From contig JBHENW010000024.1 in NCBI GenBank assembly GCA_046261875.1, positions 955 through 64,954 on the forward strand: a DNA stretch of 64,000 bases. Reading direction: 5' to 3'. The notes beneath the pieces are model-generated. The model made no database searches. It worked only from the letters and a program-made list of their open reading frames with translations, and was not told where the DNA came from. Source of the stretch: Thermoanaerobaculia bacterium (GTDB taxonomy: Bacteria > Acidobacteriota > Thermoanaerobaculia > UBA5066 > Gp7-AA6). Position numbers and translations under genes: made by a program. This document shows positions 1 through 9,700 of this stretch, one piece after another (the first letter of the stretch is position 1; every line of letters starts with the position of its first letter).

Positions 1-1039
1 TCATCGGGTCCGCCCCGCGGAGGAGGAGGTCGCGCAGGGCGCGCAGGCCGTACGTGAGCGGATTGACGTCCGAGATCACGCGCAGCCACTTCGGGTAGGA
101 CTCGACGGGATAGAGGGCCCCCGCCGGGAAGAAGAGAACGACGTTGATGATCCCGAACATCCCGCGCAGGACGCTCGTCCGCTGCGCCCGCGCGAAGAGG
201 AGAAACCAGAGCGAAGCGATCGACAGCGAGGTCAAAAAGACCGTCAGGACCCCCGCGCCGATGGACGCGAGCCGGACCGGGAGGGGCGTCAGGAGCAGGA
301 CCCCGAGCAGGACGAGCGCGCCCGCAAACGACGCCACGATCCCGCCGGCCAGGATGTGACCCGCGACGAGGGTGCCCGTGGAGATCGGCGTCACGAGGTA
401 CCCCTCGTGGTAGCCGAACATCCGGTCCTCGATCACCTGGAGGCCCCCCGAGACCATGGATCCCATGAAGATCGCGAGGCACACGATCGCCGGCGAGAGA
501 TACGTCAGGTAGTCCACGTACGGGAACGCTTCGAGCCGCGCGGCCGGAGCGATGTTCTTCCCCGCGCCGCTCGTCTCCGCCCAGATCTGTCCCAGCGCGC
601 TCTCCAGGACGTCGTACGAGAAGCGGTCCGTGTTGTCGCCGATGAACGCGGGCACGGGACCCGCCGGCGACAACCCGAAGGGGAGCACCCAGACCCCGCG
701 GAAGCGACCGCGCCGCAAATCGTCGAGGGCGGTCGCGCGATCGGCGGTGAACGTCGCGCGGACGAGGTCCCGGCCGGTCTGCAGAGCCAGGACACCCCGC
801 CGGCACTCCGCCGACAGCGCGTTGCCCGCTTCGTCCACGACGGCGAGCGGCAGCCCGACGAGCTGGCGGTTCAGAGCGTTTCCGAGGACCAGCAGATAGA
901 CGAGCGGGAAGAGCATCGTGGAAATGAGCAGGATCGGCTGCCGCCACAGCGTCAGGTACGCGCGCTGACAGATCGCGGCGATGCCGAGGACCACGAGACG
1001 CGGACCGCGCGCCGTCGGGCGGCGGGTATCCGGCTTCAC
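1..1039 (-). CDS. ABC-2 type transporter permease (3'-partial; C-terminus lies beyond window start); GTG start at 1039
   Basis: Reverse-strand translation gives VKPDTRRPTARGPRLVVLGIAAICQRAYLTLWRQPILLISTMLFPLVYLLVL ... YPVESYPKWLRVISDVNPLTYGLRALRDLLLRGADPM, the typical ABC-2 permease architecture and C-terminal motif. GTG start overlaps the ATPase stop (GTGA). No stop before position 1. Confidence 0.75.
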   Translation of the reverse strand, partial: MKPDTRRPTARGPRLVVLGIAAICQRAYLTLWRQPILLISTMLFPLVYLLVLGNALNRQLVGLPLAVVDEAGNALSAECRRGVLALQTGRDLVRATFTADRATALDDLRRGRFRGVWVLPFGLSPAGPVPAFIGDNTDRFSYDVLESALGQIWAETSGAGKNIAPAARLEAFPYVDYLTYLSPAIVCLAIFMGSMVSGGLQVIEDRMFGYHEGYLVTPISTGTLVAGHILAGGIVASFAGALVLLGVLLLTPLPVRLASIGAGVLTVFLTSLSIASLWFLLFARAQRTSVLRGMFGIINVVLFFPAGALYPVESYPKWLRVISDVNPLTYGLRALRDLLLRGADPM

Positions 1040-2076
1040 GCGTCCCGCAGGGCGCGGCCCGTGTGCGAGAAGAACACGTCCTCGAGGCTGACGGGCGCGA
1101 TCGTCAGGTGGAGAATGCGGTAGCCTCGTGTCTCGAGCAGCTGCGCCGCGCGCCGACCGATGCCCTCCCCCGGGCGGGCCTGGAACGCGAGGCCCTTCCC
1201 CGAGTCCAGGCGCAAATTGACCGCGCCGAGACTGCGGAGCGCTTCGACGTCGGGCTCCGCGATCGGGCCGTCGATCTCCAGCTCGACGCGCTCGCCCGTC
1301 TGGAGGGCGCGCTTGAGCGCCTCCGGCGATCCTTCGCAGAGGATGCGGCCACGGTCCATGATCGCCACACGGTCGCAGAGGACGTCCGCTTCATCCATGG
1401 CGTGCGTCGTCAGGAGGATGCAGAGACCGGGGTCCAGCGCCTTCAGCTCCCCGAACATCTCCCAGATGCCGCGGCGGCTCTGCGGGTCGAGCCCCGTGGT
1501 CGGCTCGTCGAGGAAAAGGACCTGTGGCGAATGTAGCACGCCGCGGGCGATTTCGAGCCGCCTCCGCATTCCTCCGGAGAGTGTCCTCGTGAGCTGGTTG
1601 CGCCGATCCCAGAGACCGACTTCGCGGAGGCGCCGCTCGATCGAGAGGCGGAGCGTCCGGCCGGAGAGGCCGTACATCTTGCCCTGCACGGAGAGGTTCT
1701 CCCGCAGCGTCAGGTTCTCGTCCGTCGTGACGGCCTGGGACACCGTCCCGATGACGGCCCTCACCGCGGCTTTCTGCTTGCGCAGATCGAGCCCCTGGAT
1801 CTTCGCGGTCCCGGAGGTCGGCGAGAGCAGGGTCGTGAGCATCCGGATCAGCGTGGTCTTGCCGGCGCCGTTGGGTCCGAGCAACCCGAACGTCTCGCCG
1901 GCGCGCACGGTGAAGGACACGGCGTCGTCGGCGACCACGTCTCCGAACTTCCTGGTCAGCTCCAGGACCTCGATCGAGCGTACCGAATCGGCCGGATCCT
2001 CGAGCGAGACCGATTCCTCGCCAGCGACCTCGGCGGGCGCGGGCTCCGGAGACTCCTCGGCCCAGGGCCGGCTCAA
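1036..2076 (-). CDS. ABC transporter ATP-binding protein
   Basis: Walker A GPNGAGKTT, signature LSGGMRRRLEIA, Walker B LFLDEPTTGLD, H-loop LLTTHAM. First in-frame canonical start after the HlyD stop is TTG at 2076 (TTGA overlap with HlyD stop); the track ORF extends upstream into HlyD and is not used. Confidence 0.8.
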   Translation of the reverse strand: MSRPWAEESPEPAPAEVAGEESVSLEDPADSVRSIEVLELTRKFGDVVADDAVSFTVRAGETFGLLGPNGAGKTTLIRMLTTLLSPTSGTAKIQGLDLRKQKAAVRAVIGTVSQAVTTDENLTLRENLSVQGKMYGLSGRTLRLSIERRLREVGLWDRRNQLTRTLSGGMRRRLEIARGVLHSPQVLFLDEPTTGLDPQSRRGIWEMFGELKALDPGLCILLTTHAMDEADVLCDRVAIMDRGRILCEGSPEALKRALQTGERVELEIDGPIAEPDVEALRSLGAVNLRLDSGKGLAFQARPGEGIGRRAAQLLETRGYRILHLTIAPVSLEDVFFSHTGRALRDA

Positions 2077-2984
2077 GGGCTCTGGCCCGTCTGGACGACG
2101 AAGGTCTGGCCCGCGACCACGTGGCCTCCCTCCGGCGCGAGGCGCACGGAGAAGGTCCGCAGGTCGCGGTCCTGCAACCCCCAGTTCTTTCGCGTGGCGA
2201 ACTCGGAGCGCGGCTTGATCGAGACCACGCGCACCGGGAAGCGCTCGGTCGGACGCGCTTGCGGCCAGGCGATCACGCGGCGGCCCACGGTGAAGGACGA
2301 GAGCCGCTCTTCGGGAACCTCCGCACGCAGGTAAGGAGCTTCCACCTGGAGCGTGACGATCGGCGCTCCCGCTTCGACCCATTCCCCCAGCCGGTGGTGC
2401 CGCGTGAGGACCGTTCCGGAAGCGGGAGCGATCAGCGTGCCCTCCCCTTCGAACTCGCGGACCTTCTCGAGCCGCACGCCGAGCGTCGATTCCTCCGCCG
2501 CCAGCTCCTCCTTCTCCGCCTCGCGCGCGCGGATGCCGGCGGCGATCGCCTCACGCCGGTGTTGCAGTGTCTCGAGGTCGGCGCGGGGGGCGATCCCCTC
2601 GCCGACGAGACGCCCGATGCGCCGCTCCTCGCTCAGAACCTGCGCCTGCTCCGCCTTGAGGCGCGAGACTTCTTCGCGCCGCGTCAGCTCGCGGGCGCGG
2701 ACCTGCGCGCGCTGGCGCTCGTAGTCCGTGGCGTCCTGCGCGAGCCCCGGCTGCTCGATGCGAGCGACGACCGACTTCGCCTCCACGGTCTCCCCTTCTT
2801 CGGGGACGCGCGTCACCAGCCGCCCGCTACGCGAGAAGGAGAGGGCCAGGCTCTGTTCTTCGGCCACCGCGAGGAGCCGTAGGGGCTGGCCGGTGTCGTT
2901 TTCCTGCCGAACCAGGGCGCCGTAACCCCAGGCGCCTGCGACAGCGATTCCGATCGCCACCCCCACCCAGATGGCTTTCTTCAT
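2073..2984 (-). CDS. HlyD-family membrane fusion/secretion protein
   Basis: N-terminal TM helix (MKKAIWVGVAIGIAVAGAWGY), coiled-coil region, C-terminal beta-barrel/lipoyl-like segments typical of HlyD/MFP; upstream of an ABC ATPase and ABC-2 permease. Confidence 0.75.
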   Translation of the reverse strand: MKKAIWVGVAIGIAVAGAWGYGALVRQENDTGQPLRLLAVAEEQSLALSFSRSGRLVTRVPEEGETVEAKSVVARIEQPGLAQDATDYERQRAQVRARELTRREEVSRLKAEQAQVLSEERRIGRLVGEGIAPRADLETLQHRREAIAAGIRAREAEKEELAAEESTLGVRLEKVREFEGEGTLIAPASGTVLTRHHRLGEWVEAGAPIVTLQVEAPYLRAEVPEERLSSFTVGRRVIAWPQARPTERFPVRVVSIKPRSEFATRKNWGLQDRDLRTFSVRLAPEGGHVVAGQTFVVQTGQSP

Positions 2985-3112
2985 AGCTCAGAGGATCAAC
3001 TGTCATCTTAACAACATTTTGGAGGGCCAGGCGGCCCCCTCCGGAGGGCCCGGCCGGGGCCGAAGCCCCCGGTCGGTATTCCTTTTGCTTCTGAAGCTCC
3101 GGAGCCACTGCA

Positions 3113-3553
3113 ATGGAGGCCATCTTGGAGCGCGTCGCGACCCCCAGACGGATCCTGCTCGTCGAAGACGACAGGAATCACCGTTGGGTGATGAAACGCG
3201 TGCTCGACAGCGCCTTTGGCGAGGAAATCTCGGTCGAAGAGGCCGACAGCGGCGAGAAAGCCATCGACAGGGCCTCCCGCGCGCCGAACCTGGACCTCAT
3301 TCTGCTCGACCTCCACCTCCCGGGAATCGGGGGGCTCGAGGTCCTCCGCCAGCTCCGGGCCAACCCCCGGACCAAAGGGCTCCCCATCGTCGTCCTGACG
3401 AGCTCGCAGGAAAAGGACGACATCCGGCAGGCGTACGAGTACGGCGCCAACTCCTTCGTCTCCAAGTCGGACACCCCGGAGCTGATGTTCCAGAGGCTCC
3501 GCATGCTGCCGGTTTACTGGCTCGAGCTCAACCGCCTCCCGGAGGATCGCTAA
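3113..3553 (+). CDS. stand-alone response regulator receiver (CheY-like) protein
   Basis: RILLVEDD...DLILLDLHLPGIGG...PIVVLTS...ANSFVSK receiver-domain motifs; 146 aa, no output domain. Confidence 0.8.
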   Translation: MEAILERVATPRRILLVEDDRNHRWVMKRVLDSAFGEEISVEEADSGEKAIDRASRAPNLDLILLDLHLPGIGGLEVLRQLRANPRTKGLPIVVLTSSQEKDDIRQAYEYGANSFVSKSDTPELMFQRLRMLPVYWLELNRLPEDR

Positions 3554-3686
3554 TCCGTCGCTGACTGGGCCGCGTGCGGTCGCCGCGCGACTGGCGGCCA
3601 GATGTTTCAAACCGGGGGCCCAGCAGGCGGTCGCCCGCCAAGGACAGCTCAGAAGCGACTGAGACGCGCCATATAAGATCGCCAAC

Positions 3687-4178
3687 GTGCCGGGCGACGG
3701 TCCTCTCGTCGGGATACTCATGGGAAGCAAGTCGGATTGGGAGACCATGCGGCACGCCTCCGAGACGCTCGAGCAGTTCGGCGTGCCTCACGAGAAGCGC
3801 GTCCTCTCCGCGCACCGAACGCCCGACGAGGCGACCCGTTATGCGCGGGAAGCGGAGGGGCGCGGCATCGAGGTCCTGATCGCCGGAGCCGGCGGGGCGG
3901 CTCACCTGGCCGGCGTCACGGCGGCGAACACGCTCCTGCCGGTTTTCGGCGTCCCCATCGAGTCGAAAGCGTTGAAGGGGCTCGATTCGCTCCTCTCGAC
4001 CGTCCAGATGCCCGGGGGGATACCCGTCGGCACGCTCGCCATCGGCGAGGCCGGCGCTAAGAACGCCGCGCTCCTCGGAATCGCGGTCCTCGCGGGGAAG
4101 CGGCCGGAGCTGAAGGAGAAGCTGCGCCTCTTCCGCGAGGAGCAGGCGGCGAAAGTGCGGGCGAGCGAGCTTCCCTGA
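3687..4178 (+). CDS. purE: N5-carboxyaminoimidazole ribonucleotide mutase
   Basis: [14 protein letters not shown]...SAHRTPD...[12 protein letters not shown]...[23 protein letters not shown], highly conserved PurE motifs. Confidence 0.9.
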   Translation: MPGDGPLVGILMGSKSDWETMRHASETLEQFGVPHEKRVLSAHRTPDEATRYAREAEGRGIEVLIAGAGGAAHLAGVTAANTLLPVFGVPIESKALKGLDSLLSTVQMPGGIPVGTLAIGEAGAKNAALLGIAVLAGKRPELKEKLRLFREEQAAKVRASELP

Positions 4179-4185
4179 TCCGCCG

Positions 4186-4950
4186 TCATCGCCCCGTTTC
4201 GCTCGTCAGGGCTTTCTCCAGATCGTCCAGGGCCTCTTCGGCGCGGCCCGCGAGGACGAGGTCCGCGTCCTCCGCGCCCGCGTCCGCATCGGGGTTGACG
4301 ACGGCCACGAAGGCTCCGCGCCGGCGAGCCTCCCCCGCCAGGCCGGCGGCCGGATAAACCACCGAGGACGTCCCGACGACGAGACAGACGTCGCAGTCGA
4401 GCGCGCGGTCGGAGTCGCGCAGGACTTCCGCGTCGATCGACTCGCCGAACCACACCACGCCGGGCCGTATCCAGCCCGCGCAATGCGGGCAGCGGGGGGG
4501 CAGTTCCGGCAATGGCACCGTCTCGTCGCGCCAGCGGTGCGGCGCTCCGCTGCAACGTTTCCAGCACGAGACGTCCCAGAGGGAGCCGTGGAATCGGGTC
4601 ACTCCCCGCGTACCCGCCCGCTCGTGGAGGCCGTCCACGTTCTGCGTGACGAGCCGGAAGACGGGATAACGCCGGCTCCACTCTGCGATGACCTCGTGAG
4701 CCCGGTTGGGGCGGCACCGCGCGACGAGCTGGCGCCTCCAGTCGTACCACTCCCAGACCACCCGCGGATCCCGCGCGAAAGCTTCCGGGGTCGCGAGCTC
4801 TTCCGGCCGGAAGTCCCTCCAGAGCCCGCCCGGACCGCGGAAGGTCGGAACGCCGCTCGCAGCCGAGACTCCCGCTCCGGTCAAAACCGTCAGCCGGGTC
4901 GCGCGGCCCATCCGTGCGGCGAGGAGGTCCAGGTCCGCTTTCGCTTTCAC
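4186..4950 (-). CDS. cobB: NAD-dependent protein deacylase (Sir2/CobB family)
   Basis: LTGAGVSAASGVPTFRG...QNVDGLHERAG..., Zn-ribbon CxxC...CPHC, VGTSSVVYPAAGL. GTG start at 4950 overlaps the upstream gene stop (GTGA). Confidence 0.85.
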   Translation of the reverse strand: MKAKADLDLLAARMGRATRLTVLTGAGVSAASGVPTFRGPGGLWRDFRPEELATPEAFARDPRVVWEWYDWRRQLVARCRPNRAHEVIAEWSRRYPVFRLVTQNVDGLHERAGTRGVTRFHGSLWDVSCWKRCSGAPHRWRDETVPLPELPPRCPHCAGWIRPGVVWFGESIDAEVLRDSDRALDCDVCLVVGTSSVVYPAAGLAGEARRRGAFVAVVNPDADAGAEDADLVLAGRAEEALDDLEKALTSETGR

Positions 4951-5696
4951 GAGCGCGGCTCCTCGCCCCGGCGGAAGAAGACGAGGATGCGTGCGACCGG
5001 CCGGAACCCGAGGGACCTGGCGGCCCGGAGGGACGCCTGGTTGTTCTCGAAGGAGCCCCACACCGGCTCCTTGCCGTGGACCGTCATGTGCTGGATGAGA
5101 AACCGCGCGCAGTCGAGGGCCAGCCCCCGCCGCCGGAAGGGAGCGAGCGTATCGATCGAGACGTCCCAGAGCGTTTCCGTCTCGGAGGCCGTGTAGCAGA
5201 AGGAGACCGGAGCGCCGTCCACGTGCGCCGCGGCCACGTGCGAGCGAGTCTGGAGCGCCTCCTCCAGCTCCCGCCGCAGCTCTTCGGGCACGTGGGGAAG
5301 GGGCGGAGGCCGGTTGCGGCTGAGCAGCGCCACCCGTGACGCTCCCATCGGCGTCGTCTCGGCCACGCCCGGCGGCAGGGAGTGGATCACCGCGACCCAC
5401 CGCTTCCACTCCGGAAGCGTCCGGCCGACGTGATCCTCGGAGTCCGGGGGCACGAGGATCTCCGTCCGTTCAGGGGCGGCGGACGCGGCGTCCCGCAGAG
5501 CATCCGGGTCGGGACGACCGACGACCGCCAGCTGGGGCCACCGCGCCTGGCCGACGATCGAGCCCAGGGGGTCGGTCGACACGCGGCACTCGCCGGAGAG
5601 AAGGATGCTGCGCGTCTCGACCCACTGCGGCGTGTCGGGCAGGTCCCGCAGGAGCGCGGCGGCCGCGCGGTTCGGGGGGTCCGATTCCGCCTGCAT
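4947..5696 (-). CDS. GNAT-family N-acetyltransferase (start uncertain; ATG 5696 chosen)
   Basis: C-terminal acetyltransferase-like segment (FRRRGLALDCARFLIQH...PVWGSFENNQASLRAARSLGF). Track ORF runs to 5837 but that overlaps the DUF4097 gene 3' end. Confidence 0.45.
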   Translation of the reverse strand: MQAESDPPNRAAAALLRDLPDTPQWVETRSILLSGECRVSTDPLGSIVGQARWPQLAVVGRPDPDALRDAASAAPERTEILVPPDSEDHVGRTLPEWKRWVAVIHSLPPGVAETTPMGASRVALLSRNRPPPLPHVPEELRRELEEALQTRSHVAAAHVDGAPVSFCYTASETETLWDVSIDTLAPFRRRGLALDCARFLIQHMTVHGKEPVWGSFENNQASLRAARSLGFRPVARILVFFRRGEEPRS

Positions 5697-5721
5697 GGAG
5701 GCGGAGTCTAGACGCGGCGCG

Positions 5722-6729
5722 TCAGCGAGACCGGGGCTCGACCCGCACGGATCCGCCGCTCGCATGGAGACGCAGCGTCTTCCCTCCGGATCCGAGGCTG
5801 CCCTTGATCTGCCGCCGGGAGATCTCGCCCTGGACACGCACTGGCACGTCCACGGTCACGGGCCCGCCCGACGCGTCGATCTCGAGGTTGGCCTTCGGGT
5901 CCAGCTTCACGAGGATCCCTCCGCCGGACGTCTCGAGCGTCCCGCCGGCCTCGTTGCCCTCCGATAGGTCCGCGCGGATCGAGCCTCCGGAGCTCTCCGC
6001 GTTGACGCGTCCGCGCGCTCCGGTGATCTCGATGGATCCTCCCGAGGTCTGCGCATCGACGTCGGCGCCGATCTCCCGCAACTCGACGGAACCACCGCTC
6101 GTCCGCGCGCGGACCGGGCCGCCGAGGGCGTTCCCCTCGATGTTGCCGCCGGAGCTCTGCACCTCGACCCGGCCTTTGACGTCGCGGACCCGCACCGATC
6201 CGCCCGACGTCGTTGCGCGGACGTCTCCGTCGAGGCGGTCCACGGCGACCGAGCCTCCGGACGTGCTCACGTCGAGGGCGCCGGCGAGGTCCGTCGTGTT
6301 CACGGAACCGCCGGAGGTCTCCAGGTCGGCATCGCCGCGCGTGCCCGTCACCCGGATGCTTCCTCCGGAGGTGTCGATCTGAAGGCGCGTCGGAGCCGGC
6401 ACGCGGACCTCGAAGTGGAGAGAGCCGTAGTTGCCGACGTCGAAGAGGAGGCGCCGCTTGCGTCTGGCCGTCACCTCGACCGCGCCGGGCCGCTCCTCGA
6501 ACTGGAGATCGAAGACGCGCTCGATGTCGCTGCGGCGCGACGTCACGACGACATGGGCTCCGGGCTCGGAGGACCCGGTCACCGTGACGCTGCCGGCGCC
6601 GGCCTCCAGCCGGAACTCGCCCCCCGGGTCGAGCCGCAGGGTCCGCTCGATGCGGGTGTCCGCGGCCGCCAGGGTGGGAACGAAAGCCAGCACCAGAACG
6701 ACGGGCCGGAAATGGACCTTGCGCTTCAT
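5722..6729 (-). CDS. DUF4097-family beta-helix protein (putative adhesin-like), signal peptide
   Basis: MKRKVHFRPVVLVLAFVPTLAAA signal peptide, then >10 iterations of TSGGSV/I.V repeat units characteristic of DUF4097. ATG at 6729; the track ORF upstream of this Met overlaps the cgs 3' end. Confidence 0.7.
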   Translation of the reverse strand: MKRKVHFRPVVLVLAFVPTLAAADTRIERTLRLDPGGEFRLEAGAGSVTVTGSSEPGAHVVVTSRRSDIERVFDLQFEERPGAVEVTARRKRRLLFDVGNYGSLHFEVRVPAPTRLQIDTSGGSIRVTGTRGDADLETSGGSVNTTDLAGALDVSTSGGSVAVDRLDGDVRATTSGGSVRVRDVKGRVEVQSSGGNIEGNALGGPVRARTSGGSVELREIGADVDAQTSGGSIEITGARGRVNAESSGGSIRADLSEGNEAGGTLETSGGGILVKLDPKANLEIDASGGPVTVDVPVRVQGEISRRQIKGSLGSGGKTLRLHASGGSVRVEPRSR

Positions 6730-6797
6730 CGACGAGCCTCCCGTGCGAGGCGATGGGCCTCTCCGAATGAGACGCAATCCCGCAGACAAGGTTCCCG

Positions 6798-9700
6798 TCA
6801 TGAGGCGGCCCCGGGCAGCCCGGCTGTCTCGGGCTGAGCGCCCAGGGTCACGACGACCTGGTGCTCGACGCCGTCGTCGGCGAGCGGTATGGCGCCGTCC
6901 CGCGACGGCGTGGGGGAGCCGTCCACCTCGACGCGGGCGATGCCTCGCGTGACGCCGTGCGGGTTCTGCACTCGGACCCGGTACCGCGCCGAGTGGTACT
7001 GGAACGTCAGTTCGAATCCGGGCCAGGCCCGCGGGATGCACGGATCGAGCTGGAGCGTCGAGCCCCGCAGGCGAAAACCGAGGATCCACTCGAGGCCGGC
7101 GCGGTACATCCAGCCGGAGGAGCCGGTGTACCAGGTCCACCCGCCCCGTCCGACGTGCGGAAACTCGGCGTAGATGTCGGCTGCGGCGACGTAGGGCTCG
7201 ACTTTGTACCGATAGAGCCCCGCGCGGGTGCTCGCGTGATTGATCGGGTTCAAGATCCCGAAGAGCTCGCCCACCTTGTCGCCCTCGCCGAGCGCCGCGA
7301 AGGCGATGACGGCCCAGAGCGCCGCGTGCGTGTACTGGCCCCCGTTCTCGCGGACGCCCGGCAGGTATCCCTTGATGTAACCCGGATCGAGCGGGCTGCG
7401 GTCGAACGGCGGCGTGAAGAGGAGCACGAGCCCGTCGCCGCGCCGCACGAGGTACTCCTCCAGCGCCGCCATCGCCCGCTGCCGCCGCGCGGGATCCGCG
7501 GCGCCCGAGATCACGCCCCAGGACTGCGCGATCGAGTCGATGCGGCACTCCGTGTTCGAAGCCGAGCCGAGCGGCGTGCCGTCGTCGAAATAGGCCCTCC
7601 GGTACCAGTCGCCGTCCCACGCCTCCCGCTCGAGGGCGACCTTGAGGAAGTCCACGTGTTGCCGCCAGCGCTCGGCCCGGTCGCGATCGCCCCGCGCCTC
7701 CGCGAGCTTCGCGAGCTCCCAGAGGTTGGCGTGGAGGAACCAGGCCATCCAGACGCTCTCACCCCGTCCCTGGTGGCCGACCCGGTTCATCCCGTCGTTC
7801 CAGTCTCCCGCGCCCATGAGCGGCAGTCCGTGCGGGCCCACCTCGAGGCGCGCGTCGAGCGTCCGGGCGCAGTGCTCGTAGAGGGTGGCCGTCTCCTTCG
7901 AGACGGACGGGGCGAAATAGGCCTCGTGATGGTCCTTCTCCAGCGGAGGCCCTTCGAGAAACGGGATTAGCTCGTCCAGCACCGCGGCGTCGCCCGTCAC
8001 TTCGATGTAGTGCGTCACGGCGTAAGGGAGCCAGAGGAGGTCGTCGGAGATGCGCGTCCGCACCCCCTTTCCGGAGGGGGGGTGCCACCAATGCTGCACG
8101 TCCCCTTCGCGGAATTGCCGCGCCGCCGCGCGCAGCAGGTGCTCGCGCGCGATCTCGCGGCGGGCGACCGTCAGCGCCATGACGTCCTGCAGCTGGTCCC
8201 GGAAGCCGTACGCGCCTCCGGCCTGGTAGAACGCCGAGCGAGCCCAGATGCGGCAGGCCAGGGCCTGATAGAGGAGCCAGCGGTTCAGCATGAGATCCAT
8301 GGAGCGATCCGGAGTCCGCACCTGGACCGTGCCGAGGAGCACGTCCCAGAGGGCGCGCACCTTCTCGAGCGACTCCGAGGAATTCTGGGAGCGGAGCTGC
8401 TGGACGACCGCCCTCGCCGATTCCGCGTCCCGCGCCTGCCCGATCGCAAAGACGACTTCGATCTCCGCGCCGGCCGGCAGCCGGACGGGCTGCTGTAGCG
8501 CGGCGCAGGGATCGAAGCCGGCGCCGATCCTCCCAGAGAGCTCCTTGCCCCGCGCGAGCGCCGCGGGGCGGTCGAGCGTCCCGTTGCGCCCGAGAAACTC
8601 CGTCCGGTCCGCGGTCCAGGCCGTCTGCCGTCCCGCCAGATCCGCAAAGGCCACGCGCCCCCGAAATTCTTCGTTCCACGGATTCCTCGCGAAGAGGGCG
8701 CCCGTCTGGCGGTCCAGCTCCGTGACGAGATACGGCGCCGAGCCGCTTCGGGCAGACCCGAGCACCCACTCGACGTAGCCCGTCACGGTCAGCCGGCGGA
8801 AACGATCCGAGCGGTTGCGCAGTCTGAGCCGCGAGACCTTCGCCGGGACGTCGGTCGGCACGAAGAGGGTCAGCTCGAGTGCGATGCCGTGGCTCTCGTG
8901 CTCGAACACGGTGTAGCCCTGTCCGTGCCGGATCACGTAAGGCCATTCCTCGCGGATGGGCAGGGGCGTCGGCCCCCAGATCTCGCCGCTCTCCTCGTCG
9001 CGGACGAAGAGCGCGTCTCCGGGAGGATCGGAGACGGAATCGTTCGACCATGGCGTCAGCTGGTTCAGGCGGCTGTTCTCGGCCCAGATGAATCCGGAAC
9101 CCGACTCGGACACCTGGAAGCCGAACTCCGGGGTCGTGATGACGTTGATCCATGGAGTCGGCGTCCACTGGCCTTCCCCGAGCACGGTGACGTACTCGCG
9201 ACCTTCGGCTTCGAAGCCCCCCAGGCCGTTGAAGAACTCGAGCATGAGCCGCGGCGGCGGGACTTCGGCGGGCGGCTGCACCGGCGCGACCGGCCGCGCC
9301 GGCGTCGTCGCGGGCGGCTGGGCCCGCATGAGGCGGACGACCTGCTCCGCGAGGGCGCCGTGTCGCGAGAGCAGGATGGCGCGGGACGCCGCGCGCAGGA
9401 GATCGCGGCTCTCGGGATCGAGCGACTCGCCCTTGAGGACGAAGATGCCGCCGCGGCCAGGATGCGGGTCTTGCCCGGCCGCCGCCTGCGCCGCCCGGAC
9501 GAGCGATTCGATCGCGCCCTGGAGGTCGCCCGCGTAAGAGTGCGCCTGCTCGTTGACGATCACCAGATCGACCACGAGCCCTTTGAGGCGCCAGTAGTGA
9601 TGCGCGCGGAGGAGCTGCCGGACGATCTCACGATCCTCGCTGTGGTCGATGCGCAGGAGCACGATCGGCGCGTCCCCCGAGATGCCGTGCCCCCAGAGCG

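Noticed and set aside
5722-7620. Track ORF extending the DUF4097 gene to 632 aa
   Set aside because: The upstream 297 codons overlap the cgs 3' end in another frame and are Arg-rich. The signal peptide at Met 6729 marks the real start.
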